From contig NC_042999.1 of the NCBI RefSeq assembly GCF_006345805.1, positions 75,764,001 to 75,828,000 on the forward strand: 64,000 nt of DNA. The letters run 5' to 3'. Position numbers and translations under genes: made by a program. Source of the stretch: Octopus sinensis. Taxonomy: Eukaryota. The notes below the pieces were generated by a model that was not told the DNA's origin, searched no databases, and saw nothing but the letters and a program-made list of their open reading frames with translations. Shown here in pieces: positions 25,700 through 38,789 of the stretch (position 1 is the first letter of the stretch; each line of letters starts with the position of its first letter).

Positions 25700-25980
25700 A
25701 ATCGAATGTGGAATCTAAAAACCGAAACAATTCCTATCATAGTAGGCGCATCAGGTATGATAAAAAATATTCAGACGAATATATAACAAAAACACCAGGA
25801 CTTACAAATATATATATAACATACAGAAAATTGCACTACTGGGCACTGCACACATCTTACGCAAAACCCTTTCAATACAGTGACCATAAGAGCATCACAG
25901 CAAACCAGAGCACATACCCAAGGCACACATAGCTGCGCTCGGTAGTGAAGTGAAAGCACGTTATAAAAATAAAACTACTT
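25700..25980 (+). mobile_element. 3' fragment of an R4/Dong-like retrotransposon
   Basis: Encodes MWNLKTETIPIIVGASGMIKK...IQKIALLGTAHILRK (RLE C-terminus); flanked by (TAA)n. Confidence 0.75.
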
Positions 25981-26003
25981 AATAATAATAATAATAATAA
26001 TAA

Positions 26004-26034
<31 letters not shown>

Positions 26035-26228
26035 AAGAAGAAGAAGAAGAAGAAGAAGATAGAGCGCCAGCCTTGACAGCGGCTGGACGTGTTCCTCACT
26101 GCTCTGACAGTTCGGTGGCTGAAAGCCATAGAAACACTAATATGGGCCAGTTTAGCAACGGGGAAAAATAACTCTCAAAGACTGGAACATCTACAATACC
26201 TCGTGAGTATTTGAAATTCTCTTCAAAG

Positions 26229-27138
26229 TGGGTTAAGAAATTTACAAATTTACATATCTGCAGCTTTCAAACATACATCCGATCGGCTTTAAAAACTTTA
26301 ATACCCACAACTGCCTCTGTAAGCACCCTTTTTTTCTTCTCTCTAAAAAAACATCACGCTTTTCTTTTTGTGGACTTGCAAAACCCTAAAACTTTCTATG
26401 AAAATCTGACTTTTCTTTGCTTCCTCCCAGAATATTCAAATATAAATGTAAACATATACTCTTTATTGCAAAACACACCTGTTCTTCTAACTGGACATAC
26501 AAACATCTCTAGAGGGGTCAACTTCAACCTCCACAATATTACCTTGCACGAAATATACAAACACTTTTTATTGCAATAACACAAACGCACATGGAAAAAA
26601 TAATGATGCTAAGATTCTCTCTGGTCGAACACAGCTTCTCTATTCACAAATAATACAGAACAGCCCTTCAAAATAAGTTAAGAAAATTTACAAATTTACA
26701 TATCTACAGTTTTCAATCATACATTCGACCAGCTTTAAAAACTTTGATACCCACAATTGCCTCTGTAAACATCCTTTTTTTTTCTTCTCTCTAAAAACAT
26801 CACGCTTTTCTTTTTTTGTTTTTTTTTGTTTTTGTGGACTTACAAAACCCTAAAACTTTCTATGAAAATCTGACTTTTCTTTGCTTCCTCCCTGAATATT
26901 CAAATATAAATGTAAACATATACTTTTTTATTGTAAAAACACACCTGTTCTTCTAACTGGACATACAAACATCTCTAGAAAAGTCAACTTCAACCTCCAC
27001 AATATTACCTTACAGGAAATATACAAACACTTTTTATTGCAATAACACAAACGCACGTGGGAAAAAAAAATGATGATGCTACGATTCTCTCTGGTCGAAC
27101 ACAACTTCTCTATTCACAAACAATACAGAACAGCCCTT
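26229..27138. repeat. ~445-bp tandem duplication
   Basis: gttaagaaatttacaaatttacatatc...aatacagaacagcccttc at ~26231-26668 and ~26676-27139, highly similar. Confidence 0.9.
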
Positions 27139-27589
27139 CCTTAATTTTTCTTAAGCCTAATAGTAGTAAACATCTGAACTTTTTTTTGACCGATAGAAAA
27201 AAGAGAAAAAAAAAAAAAATCACTGATGGTGATGATGATAATAATGATAGTAATAGTGCTGATAATCTATCTATCTATCAATACACACACACACACTCAA
27301 AGAGTTCAACCAACACAAAGAAAGTATTATTTGACAGGCAAGAACTCTAGTGTTGAAGACAGTCAGCCAGCCAACCACCAAGCCAGCCAACGAGACAGAC
27401 AGACACTACTGTGATGGTGATAATGATAAAAAAACAAAAATAACAATAATAAGATACTGCTGTGACTACACATAAAACAATATCATTGATGATGATGGTG
27501 GTGATGGTGATGGTGATGTTGAAAATGATGATGGTAATGGTGGTGATAATGATGATAGTGATGGTAATGGTGATGATAATAACAATAAT

Positions 27590-30500
27590 AAGCCGACTAC
27601 GGCTGCTATAATGGTACGATTATAATTGTAACGGCAATGATGGCCGTCTCCCCACGAGCCAATCAAAGCTAAAAAATGATAACATTATCGTAGCACCAAA
27701 GTGTTTTTGGAAACTAAAAGGAAAACTAAATCAGTATACCAAATCGCTTGTCCTATGGTTAATCTGGAAGCGCGTCCCCCAGGGAAGAGCCAGCCTGGGA
27801 TGGAAAAGTCATCAACTGGCACAAACTCTTCTCCGAATACGGACATGGATGGTCACTTGAACGGGAAATCCCCCAACTCGAGCCCTCCATGTTCACCACC
27901 ACAACCACCACAGAAAGAAAAATGTAAGCGGAACAAATGGACCCGAGAAGAGTATAAAGAAGTAATATACGCTTATTACTATGCATTAGGTAGGCCATCT
28001 CAAGAGAGACACACCGCAAACTCTTACAGTATATGGAGAACACGGAATCAAGACAGTAGGCCCTATTTGGACGAGAACAAATTAGCAAATGTGAGAGGGA
28101 TATCTTTAGAAATAACGACTCACAGACAGTGAAATAAGCGCGATCAAGCACGCAACGGAAAATGACATAATATAAGACACAAAGGAAATGAAGAATCAGA
28201 TGAACAGTATAGCCCGCCACGAGGCTTAATTGAAAGACTGCCATCTGACCAAAGTACGCAAAGGCCTGAAGATACAAGAAATTCTATTGTACCAGTTAAA
28301 GATAGCCAGGAAAACGAAAAACAACAGTAACTGAAGATCTCGCATTTGCTGAAGAACACAGAGAGTCTATGGCAGAAATGAGGCAGAAAATCCTGAATAC
28401 GCTTGAAGTTGTAAGACATACAGGTATGAATGATACAGAACCGCTTCATAAACTCTCAAATACAAACCAAAATAAAAAACAAATCCAAATTGGCAACTAT
28501 GTAGCAAATGAAATAATACGAGAATTAAAACCTGATTTTACTGAGTTAAATGAAATTATTTACGCTTCTGCTAGGGCAATTGAAACCAGCTGTATGCTCC
28601 CGAAAAAACAAAGAAAACAAAACCTGGGAAGAAATCAAACCTGGAGAAGTAAAATTGAAAAAGTGATTGAATTTATGAGAGGGGAAATATCAATATTAAA
28701 TGAACTAATATGTGGAAATGATGTAAGATCCAGAACAGGAAGAAAGATGAAGAGAAAATTGGATCCTCACCAAGAGAAGAACTGATATCAATAAAAGAAA
28801 CGCTGAAACAAAAAGTCCAAGCAAAAGCCCAAGAATACGAAGATTTGAGAAGAGAAACAAGTTTTACAAGCAAAATAAGCTGTTCACATCCAATGCCAAA
28901 AAATTCTACAGAGAAATAGGGAAGGAGAAAGTAACCGTTAAAGACGACCCCCCTCCATGGAAGAAGTTCAAAACTTTTGGAAAAGGATTTGGAGTGACAA
29001 GAAGACGTACAACATAAATGCAGACTGGATTATACAAACTGAAGGATCCTACCAAAATTTACAACAACAAGCATGGGAAGACATCACAATAGCAGACCTA
29101 AGAAAGGCACTCACGAAGGCCCATAATTGGAAATCCCCCGGTAAAGATAGGGTGCCGAATTTCTGGCTCGCATCGCTCCCGTGCGCACACGGTAAGCTAG
29201 TTCAGAGCTCAATGGAATTATGAGAGACCCAAAGAAAACACCTGAATGGTTAGCAAGTGGCATTACTTACCTACTCCCAAAGAATAACGAAACCAACCTT
29301 CCAAAAAACTATCGGCCTATAACCTGTCTATCCACCACGTATAAAATCCTAACATCTATCCTGGCGGAGAAAACATATGCATTCATGGAGAAACGATATT
29401 TTCCCTATTGAACAAAAAGGGTGCCGCCGAGGCTCTTACGGATGCAAAGATCAACTGCTAATCAATCGTATGATCCTTGAGAACTGTCACAACAAGCGCA
29501 GAAATCTCAGCACCGCATGGATTGACTATAAAAAGGCCTTCGACAGTATACCGCATCATGGATCTCGAGATCGCTGGACATCTTCAAAATTTCCCCTGTG
29601 ATTTCAAACTTCCTGAAGCACAATAGTCGTTGTGGAATACGAATCTCCAATTATACCACTCTAATGGAGTACTTGCTTCAGAAAATATAACATCAACTGT
29701 GGAATTTTTCAAGGTGACTCACTTTCACCTTTCATATTATATCATATCCCTATAACCCTAATCCCCTTACAGTGAATTAAACAGAACAGGGTATGGGTAT
29801 AAAATTGCCAATAAAAAATAAGCCATCTATTTTATATGGATGACTTAAAACTTTATGGTAAAGACAATAATGAACTTGAATGCCTATTGCGCACCGTGAA
29901 AGCATTCAGCGATGACATCGGGATGGAGTTTGGACTTGAGAAGTGTGCCAAGGCCACTTTCCAGAAGGGAAAGTGAAGACCACAAATTCAGTCGTGTTAG
30001 ATGTTGACAAAGTCATAAGAGAGCTTGAGCAAGAACAAACATACAAATATTTAGGGATAAATGAAGGCTCTGGTATTCAGCATGCAAGCATGAAAGAGAA
30101 GATCAGGAAGGAATGTTATAGGAGAGTTCGTGCAGTCCTGAAATCTGAACTAAATGCACGTAACAAGGTGCTAGCTATAAATTCCTTAGCGGTTCCAGTT
30201 GTTACTTATAGCTACAATGTGTTGAACTGGAATATGAGTGAAGTAAAGAATATAGATAGAAAAATACGCAAGCTGCTGAGTTGTAATAGGATGCACCACC
30301 CAAAGGCAGACGTAGATCGCCTTTACCTTCTCAGAGCCCAAGGAGGTCGAGGCCTGATCCAATTTGAACTAGCTTACAAAACAACCACAATTGGACTGGC
30401 CAAATATCTCGAAATATCGAATGACTGGATGCTAAAGCTCGTGGAAAATCACGAGAGACGAAAGAAGCTTCATTCTATCATCAAGGAAAGCAAAAAATTT

Positions 30501-31558
30501 GCTATTGATCTCGTGCAGGATACCCAAACTGAACAACCCGAGGGAAGTACGGCAACTATTGTTGCAAAGAAGGTGAAAATGATGGCAATGAAAAAAGCGC
30601 ACGAGCAATTGGCTGATAGGTGGGAGGAGAAACCTCTGCACGGCAAATATGTGACCCGCAGCAAACAAGCTGATGTTGACCAGAAGCAAAACCATCAGTG
30701 GCTGCGGAGCTCAGGGCTAAAAGCAGAGAGCGAAGGTTTCATCCTGGCTGCTCAAGACCAAAGCCTATTAACCCGGACTACCAGGCCAATGTGATGAAAA
30801 ATGGAGCAGACCCAAAATGCCGATTCTGCAACGACATGATTGAAACAGTGGACCACCTAATCTCTGGATGTAAAGTCTTAGCACCAGTGGAGTATAAATT
30901 AAGACATGACAGAGTTGGCCAATATCTCTACTGGCTAATAAGTCGGCATTACAATATAAAAACTGCCGACAAGTGGTATAATCACCACCCTGAGGCTGTA
31001 ACTGAAGGAGAAAATGTAACCATTCTGTGGGACTTTCCAGTACATACAGACCGAACCATCAAGGCCAATAAACCAGATATTGTTGTGAAAGACCAAAACA
31101 ATAAAGTTTGCTTATTGATCGACATGAGCATCCCCTGTGATCATAATATCTCAGCGAAAGAGTTTGACAAGCTCAGAAAATATAAAGACCTACTCATTGA
31201 AATTGAGAAAATGTGGCATCTCAAGGCGGTTACAATACCAGTGATCGTAGGAGCACTAGGAATGATCAAGAAGGGAACCGAAAATTATATGAGAATGATC
31301 CCTGGCTTACCATCCCTGCAAGAAGTGCAAAAGATTGTCTTAACTGGTACATCACACGTATTAAGAAGAGCATTGTCGATGTGAGAACTGTTGCTGCTCA
31401 TGTATTTTAATTTAACTTAAAAAAAAAAAAAAAAAAAAAATGAACGAACTACTGAGTTTGGTTTAATGGCCTACCAATATGCACTATGAGTTTCTTTGCC
31501 CTAGGAGTCGGGAAGACACTCGGCAAGAAATAGAAGAAAATTTGAAAGAAGAAAAAAA
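27590..31558 (+). mobile_element. Near full-length R4/Dong-clade non-LTR retrotransposon (RT + restriction-like endonuclease), frameshifted
   Basis: ATG at 27755. N-terminal KWTREE motif; RT motifs (KNYRPITCL, WIDYKKAFDS, GIFQGDSLSP, HLFYMDDLKL at ~29824); CRFC..ETVDHLISGC zinc knuckle; RHD; KPD..LIDMS..K..KY RLE. Stop at 31384, flanked by TAA repeats. Confidence 0.92.
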
Positions 31559-32149
31559 GTAATAATAATAATATGTTTCAAATTTTTCCACAAGGACAGG
31601 AATGTTGGGGAGGGGCGAGTTGATTACATCGACCCCAATGTTCAACTGGTACTTATTTTGTCAACCCCGAAAAGGTGAAAGGCAAAGTCAACATCGTTTT
31701 TTTTTATTTAAGTGACTCAGTACAGATGGAGACTGACCACAGCTGTTTTCCTAGGACAGCTTCAGGATATAAGAGGGTAAGGGGAAGGAATTCGACCAGT
31801 AAAAAAAATAGTATAAAGATGCAGAAAGTGAAAGTGAGCCTAAAAGAAGTGGTTATAGAAAACAGATGATAACATTTGGGGTAGCGAAGGGTTTGTTTAA
31901 AGTGGCTAAGCAGAAACTAGTAGACCAAGCTAATGCCATTTGGAGAAAAAAGTGGATGGCTGAATTGGAAGTGGAATGAATCACAAGGGAATTGGAAAAA
32001 AAAAAGACTAAGCACTAAAAAAGCAAAACAACAGTTTACACCGAAGAAGAAACTAAAGGAAAAATAATAATAGCACAGCTGATTGAGGACTAATTGGATA
32101 AAAGCCAAGATAGACAAAAACCAGGTAGGTTCCCAATGTAGGTTCTTTC

Positions 32150-32496
32150 TGCTGGCACAGAAAGAATGCAAGAAAAGACATAACCAATTAGGGAGAATAA
32201 TCCACTGGGAGTTATGGAGAAAGCTAGGATTTAACCATACTGTAGCCCGATGCTAAGAACTTTTCTTTTCCAACAGTTTAATCTGTTGTGCGTCAGTCAA
32301 ATACATAACTCACGCACAAAGACTTACGAATGCATATAACATACAGAAAATAATGCTGTTAGGCACCACGCACATCCTACCTAAGCACTTTCAATAGTGT
32401 GAAAATAAGAGCACTATAACAAACCACAGTACATACTCAAGGCACACAGAGCTACGCTCTCTAGTGCAGAGAAAACACATGATAGATATAAGACTG

Positions 32497-32500
<4 letters not shown>
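32150..32500 (+). mobile_element. Decayed R4/Dong-like 3' fragment (related to 25700-25980)
   Basis: RRHNQLGRIIHW-like remnant and a 3' tail acatac..aaggcacacagagct shared with 25900-25980. Confidence 0.55.
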
Positions 32501-32536
<36 letters not shown>

Positions 32537-32559
32537 TAATAATAATATAATAATAATAA

Positions 32560-32590
<31 letters not shown>

Positions 32591-32741
32591 AAGAAGAAGA
32601 AGAAGAGAGAAGAAGAAGAAGAAGAAGAGAAGAAGAAGAAGAAGAAGCAGAAGAAGAAGAAGAAGAAGAAGAAGAAGAAGAAGAAGAAGAAGAAGAAGAA
32701 GAAGAAGAAGAAGAAGAAGAAGAAGAAGAAGAAGAAGAAGA
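32500..32741. repeat. (TAA)n(GAA)n microsatellite
   Basis: Direct inspection. Confidence 0.95.
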
Positions 32742-33530
32742 ACCTCTCAATGGCAAATACCCAATGAGAGCGAATAATGCCGATGTTGACAAAGACCTTA
32801 CCCATCAATGGCTAATGGCGTCTGGCTTAAAATCAGAAGGGTTTTTCATAGCAGCCCAAGATCAATGCCTACCTACAAGGAATTACCAGGCCAACATATT
32901 AAAGAACGGCAGCTCCCCAATATGCCGTATATGTCAAAAATCAAAATGAGACCATCGATCATGTTTCCGTGTGCAGTTTTCTTGCGCCTACAGAATATCT
33001 TAACAGGCATGATAGAGCTGCACAATATATTCACTAGGTAATTTGCAAAAACCTGGACTTGTCCCATGATAAAAACTAGTGGGAACGCAAGCCACCCCCA
33101 GTGCTTGAAAATGATCACATTTCACTCCTCTGGAACTTCACCATTCAAACTGACAGAAAGATAGATGCAAATAGGCAAGCCATCATATTGAAAGACTTCA
33201 GACAAAAATCATGTCTCCTCATTGATATGACTATCCCAATCGATATAAACGTATCTGTCAAGACCTACCAAAAGCTGAGCAAGTATAAAGATCCTGAAAT
33301 AGAAATTAGCAAAATGTGGAACCTCAAGACTAAAACAGTACCTATTTTCATAGGTGCCCTAGGAATGATAGCAAAAGGGGCTGCTTCCTACCTAGCTCAG
33401 ATACCAGGAAACCCCAAAATGGTAGATATACAAAAGATAGTGCTCATGGGAACTGTCCGTTTCCTACGTAAAATACTATCTATGTTATCTCAAATTTTAA
33501 AACAAAAATAATTTTCTTGCGCAAAACCAA
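32741..33530 (+). mobile_element. 5'-truncated R4/Dong-like copy (same family as 35273-38280)
   Basis: HQWLMASGLKS..AAQDQCLPTRNY..CRIC..RHD..LLWNFTIQTD..LIDMT, near-identical to 37300-38050. Confidence 0.85.
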
Positions 33531-33554
33531 ATATTATTATTATTTGAGCTTATA

Positions 33555-33777
33555 CCTATTTCTTTACTACCCACAAGGGACTAAACACAGAGGACAGAAA
33601 AACGGATTAAGTCGATTACATCGACCCCAGTGCGTAACGGGTGCTTAATTTATCGACCCCGAAAGGATGAAATGCAAAGTCGACCTCGGAGGAATTTGAA
33701 CTCAGAACGTAACGTCAGACGAAATACAGCTAAGCATTTCGCCCGGCGTGCTACCGTTTCTCCCACCTCGCCACCTC

Positions 33778-33811
<34 letters not shown>

Positions 33812-34065
33812 TTAATAATAATAATAATAATAATAAACATAATCGACATAAATGTATCTGTCAAGACCTATCAAAAACTCAGCAAGTTTTGAGAGGAGAA
33901 GACTAGTCGATTACATCGACCCCAATGTTTCATTGGTTTAACGACCCCGAAACGATGAAAGGCAAAGTCCACCTTGGCGGAAGTTGAACTCCGAACGTAA
34001 TGACAGACGAAATGCCGCTAAGCATTTCGTCTAGCTGGCTAACGATTCTGCCGGCACACCACCTT
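33555..34065 (-). mobile_element. Two family A SINEs separated by (TAA)n and a short R4 fragment
   Basis: Reverse complement of the family A head/body at 33555-33778 and 33890-34065. Confidence 0.8.
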
Positions 34066-34076
34066 AATAATAACCA

Positions 34077-34147
<71 letters not shown>

Positions 34148-34148
<1 letters not shown>

Positions 34149-35216
34149 CCCACATTCTACGTAAGATATCAATTCAGTAGAGCAAAACAAATAAAACAAT
34201 CAACAAACACACTCTATACAGTAAATATCCAATGAAATAACCCTCAAAACATGTGTTCAACAGGTCGAATGCCCAACATAACATAACTCATATTACATAC
34301 GCCACACAATACAAACACTAAGACAACAAAAAACTCGGGACAAACCACATTTCTCCAAAAGGAGAATGGCTAGAAAAACCGATGCATGGCCGATACCCAA
34401 GTAGAGTGAACAAACCAGACATAGAAAAACGAGACATTCACCTATGGATGAAGAGCTCAGGACTGAAGGCTGAAACTGAAGGTTTATCATAGCAGCACAA
34501 GATCAAAGCTTGGCAACCAGAGCTTACCACAACAAAATAATGAACGATGGCACTGACCCGAAATGCAGAATGTGTCACGAGCAGGATGAAACAGTGAAAC
34601 ACATCTTAACTGGATGCACAGCGCTTGCAAAAAAAAAACGAATATATTCATAGGTACGATAGAGTAGCGCAATATATCCATTGGAGGATATGTAAAGATT
34701 ACCGGCTACCAACTTCAGAAAGATGGTAGAAGCATAAACCTGAAACTGTGACCGGGAAGGATGATGTAGCAGTACTCTGGGACATGCCGATCAACACCGA
34801 TAAAGAAATTAAGGAAAACAGGTCGGACATAATCATCAAAGATGGGAAGAATAAGAAATGCTTAATGATAGATGTGACAGTACCATCAGAGAGAAATGTA
34901 TCCATTAAAGAAGTTGAAATGTTACTTAAGTACAAAGACCTAGAAATAGAAGTGACCAAGATGTGGGGAAGGAAAGGCAGCACAGCGCCAGTGGTGATTG
35001 GAGCGTTAGAGTTAATTAAAAAGGGCCGTGATAAGCAGCTCAACAAACTCCATTGCAATGTTAACGTGGGAGAACTTCAGAAAATAGTGTTGCGCACTTT
35101 AGGTTCCGCACACATTTTACACCGTGTACTCTCCATGAGATGAGGACCTGCTGTGACCCTAGAGTCAAGGGATGACCCCGGTTCAGCAGAAGACAACGGA
35201 CCATATTTTATTTTAA

Positions 35217-35218
<2 letters not shown>
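34148..35218 (+). mobile_element. 5'-truncated R4/Dong-like copy (third family)
   Basis: HGRYP..WMKSSGLKAETEGFIIAAQDQSL..CRMC..ETVKHILTGC..VLWDMPINTD..MIDVTVP; ends before (TAA)n. Confidence 0.85.
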
Positions 35219-35272
<54 letters not shown>

Positions 35273-35273
<1 letters not shown>

Positions 35274-38200
35274 TAGAAAACGGCAACAGTCCCACAAAAA
35301 GCCTTCTTGGCAAGAGCGTCTGCAACAACAAATTAAAGTATTTAGATCTGACATTGAATATTTGAAAAACTTAAGGCTCACAAGACTACCAAACCTACAA
35401 AAACCCAAAAATTACTGAAAAAATACAATATGAAAACTATACTTGATATTTGCCACCATAGAAACCATCAAACAAAAGGTATCTGCCAAAGCTGCCCGCA
35501 TAGCGAGGTATGAAAAGCGTGTTAGATTTTTCAAGGACAACAACATGTTCAAAAATAACACCAAGAATTTTTACAGGAAGATAGGAAAAACAGCGTTTAC
35601 TGCAGGGTCTGTACCATCAAAAGAAGAAGTGCAGAGATTTTGGAATAAAATCTGGGCAGAAGAAAAAACACAACGAAGAAAGGCCCCCTGGATTGACAGA
35701 ATATCTACAGAACTGGACTCCTTAGAAGAGCAAAAGTGGGAGGGTGTCAAGGTAGAAGATATAAGATCTGCTCTCAGGAGGTCAAGCAAATGGAAGTTTC
35801 CAGGAAAGGATAAAATTCCTAACTTCTGGCTGAAGCCTTCCCAGAGAGCCATGAACTGCTAACAGAACTGTACAATGAGGTTTTGCAACACCCTAGTAGG
35901 ATGCCTCCTTGGCTAGTAATGGGTTAACATTCCTGCTTCCAAAAAGTGAAGAAACAAATGAACCAAAAAACTATAGACCCATAACCTGCTTAACAACTAT
36001 GTACAAAACACTAACATCTGTCCTGACGGAATATACCTATAGTTTTTTAACAGACAGCAGCATATTCCCTAATGAACAGAAAGGATGTAAACGTGGATCC
36101 TACGGCTGTAAAGACAAACTACTCATCAATAAGATGATCTAGAAGATTGTCACAAACGACACAAAAACTTATCAATAGCCTGGATAGACTATAAAAAGGC
36201 TTTTGATAGCCTACCACATAGCTGGATTAGGAAATGCCTTGAAATGTATAAGATAGCACCAACTCTGCGAAACTTCTTGACTGTAAGTATGAGATCATGG
36301 AGAACCACACTAACTCTGAACAGTGACAGTGAATCCCTAAATGCTGGTGATGTAAAAATTTCGTGTGGCATTTTCCAGGGTGACTCACTGTCACCACTCC
36401 TCTTTTGTTTATCCTTAATACCTCTCTCAAAGCTGCTCAATGACGCGCGAGTACGGGTATAAAATGTTTGATAAAAATATAAATCATCTCGTTTACATGG
36501 ATGATTTAAAGCTTTTTGCAAAAAATGTCAACAACTCAAGGGCTTACTAGCGATAGTCAAACAATTCAGTGACGACATCAGAATGCAATTCGGCCTCGAT
36601 AAATGTGCAAAGGCTACCTTTATCAAAGGAAAAATGACAGAAACATCTAAACGTTACCTGACAACACGAATGTCATAAAAGAACTAGACCCAGCGGAGAG
36701 CTACAAGTACCTAGGGGTAATTGAAGGGAACGGAATAAGGCATTCAGAGATGAAGGAAAGGATCAGGAGAGAATGCTATCGAAGAGTAAGAGCAATACTC
36801 AAGACAGAGCTGAATGCAAGAAACAGGATCGAAGCAATCAATGCATTAGCTATACCAGTCGTGACTTACAGTTTCAATATTGTTAACTGGTCAATTACTG
36901 AAATATGTCAGCTCGACAGAAAAATAAGGAAACTGTTGACAATGCATAGAATGCACCACCCTAAGGCAGATACAGAACGACTCTATCTGCCAAGAAAAGA
37001 GGGAGGGCGTGGTCTTTTGCAACTGGCAATAACAATGAAGATTGCTACAATTGGCTAGACTAGACACCTACCTGAAAAACTCTGAGGACTGGATGTTAAA
37101 ACTTGTCTCAAAACATGAAAACAAGAAAGCATCATACTCAGTCACAAAACAGGCAAAGGAATATCTAAGTGAATTCCGAATACAACCAATTTCGGAATTA
37201 GAGATAGACATACAAGAAACAAGCACAGAAAAAGCTAGGCGCATGAAAACCCGTGCCAAAACTGCGGCCTTAGATATTCTGAATAATAAATGGCAAGAAA
37301 AACCTCTCTATGGCAAATACCCAAAGAGAGCGAATAATGCAGATATCGACAAAGCCCTGACCCATCAATGGCTAATGGCCTCTGGCTTAAAATCTGAAAC
37401 AGAGGGGTTTATCATAGCAGCTCAAGATCAATGCCTACCAACAAGAAACTACCAGGCCAACATATTAAAGATCAGAAGCAGTCCAACGTGTCGTGTATGC
37501 AAGCAACAAAATGAAACCATTGACCATGTGGTCTCCAAGTGCAGTCTTCTAGCGCCTACAGAGTATCTCAACAGGCACGATAGAGCTGCACAATATATTC
37601 ACTGCGGTAATCTGTAAAAACCTGGATTTGCCCCATGAAAAAAACTGGTGGGACACAAACCACCCCCAGTGCTTGAAAATGACCACATCTCACTCCTCTG
37701 GAACTTCACCATTCAAACTGACAAGGAGATAGATGCAAATAGGCCAGACATCATATTGAAAGACTTCAAACAAAGAACATGCCTCCTCATTGATATGACT
37801 GTCCCAATCGATATAAACGTATCTGTCAGGACCTACCAAAAACTGAGCAAATAAAAGATCTTGAAATAGAATCAGCAAAATGTGGAAGCTGAAGACTAAA
37901 ACAATACCTGTTGTCATAGGTGCCATGGGAATGATAGCAAAAGGGGCTGATAGCTACCTAACTCAGATACCAGGAAACCCAAAAATGGCAGAAGTTCAAA
38001 AGATAGTGCTCATGGGAACTGCTCATATCCTACGCAAAATACTCTCTATGTAACCTCAAGGTTTAAAACAACCATAATTTTCGGTTTAAAAAAAAAAAAC
38101 AAAAAAAAAAAAAAAACTTCTTTTTTTTTAGACATTCATTAGTAAAACATCCCCACCCCCCCAAATATATGGCACACTAGGCATAACAACAACATGAACT

Positions 38201-38280
38201 TCCAACCCTGTTGTCTCTTGAGGTCTCTGGTGAGACTTGGAGCCAACTTGTACCAAATATAAAGCAAAAGTCAAACATAG
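35273..38280 (+). mobile_element. 5'-truncated R4/Dong-clade retrotransposon with RT and RLE, disrupted
   Basis: KNYRPITCL, GIFQGDSLSP, VYMDDLK (~36490), MHHPKAD..RLYLPRKEGGRGL, CRVC..ETIDH, RHD, RPD..LIDMT. Stop at 38053, (TAA)n on both sides. Confidence 0.92.
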
Positions 38281-38304
38281 AATAATAATAATAATAATAA
38301 TAAT

Positions 38305-38695
38305 AAACATAATCGACATAAATATATCTGTCAAGACCTACCAAAAAACTCAGCAAGTATAAAGATCTTGAAATAGAAATTGGCAAAATGTGAAACCTGA
38401 AGACTAAAGCAATACCTTTTGTCATAGCCGCCCTAGGAATGATAGCAAAAGGGGCTGATTCCTACATAGTTCAGATACCAGGAAACCCCAAAACGGCAGA
38501 AATTCAAAATATTGTGAAATCTCAAATTTTAAAATAAACTTATAATTTCCTTATGTTTTCTTAAACATTCTCTGAAGCAATACTATGTGTAAAACCAAGC
38601 ATAACACCAGCATGAACTTCTAACTTGTTATCTCTTGAGGTCCGTGGGTGAGATTTGGAGTCAACTTTTACAAATACAAAGCAAAAGTCAAACAT

Positions 38696-38698
<3 letters not shown>
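38305..38698 (+). mobile_element. Short 3' fragment of the same R4/Dong family
   Basis: Matches 37806-38280, flanked by (TAA)n. Confidence 0.85.
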
Positions 38699-38745
<47 letters not shown>

Positions 38746-38789
38746 TAATGATAATGGTAATAATAATAATAATAATAATAATTCCTTCT

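Noticed and set aside
27590-27700. Ribozyme at the 5' end of the full-length R4 element
   Set aside because: Only simple hairpins found by eye (e.g. GAUGGCCGU/ACGAGCCAAUC); could not build an HDV pseudoknot.
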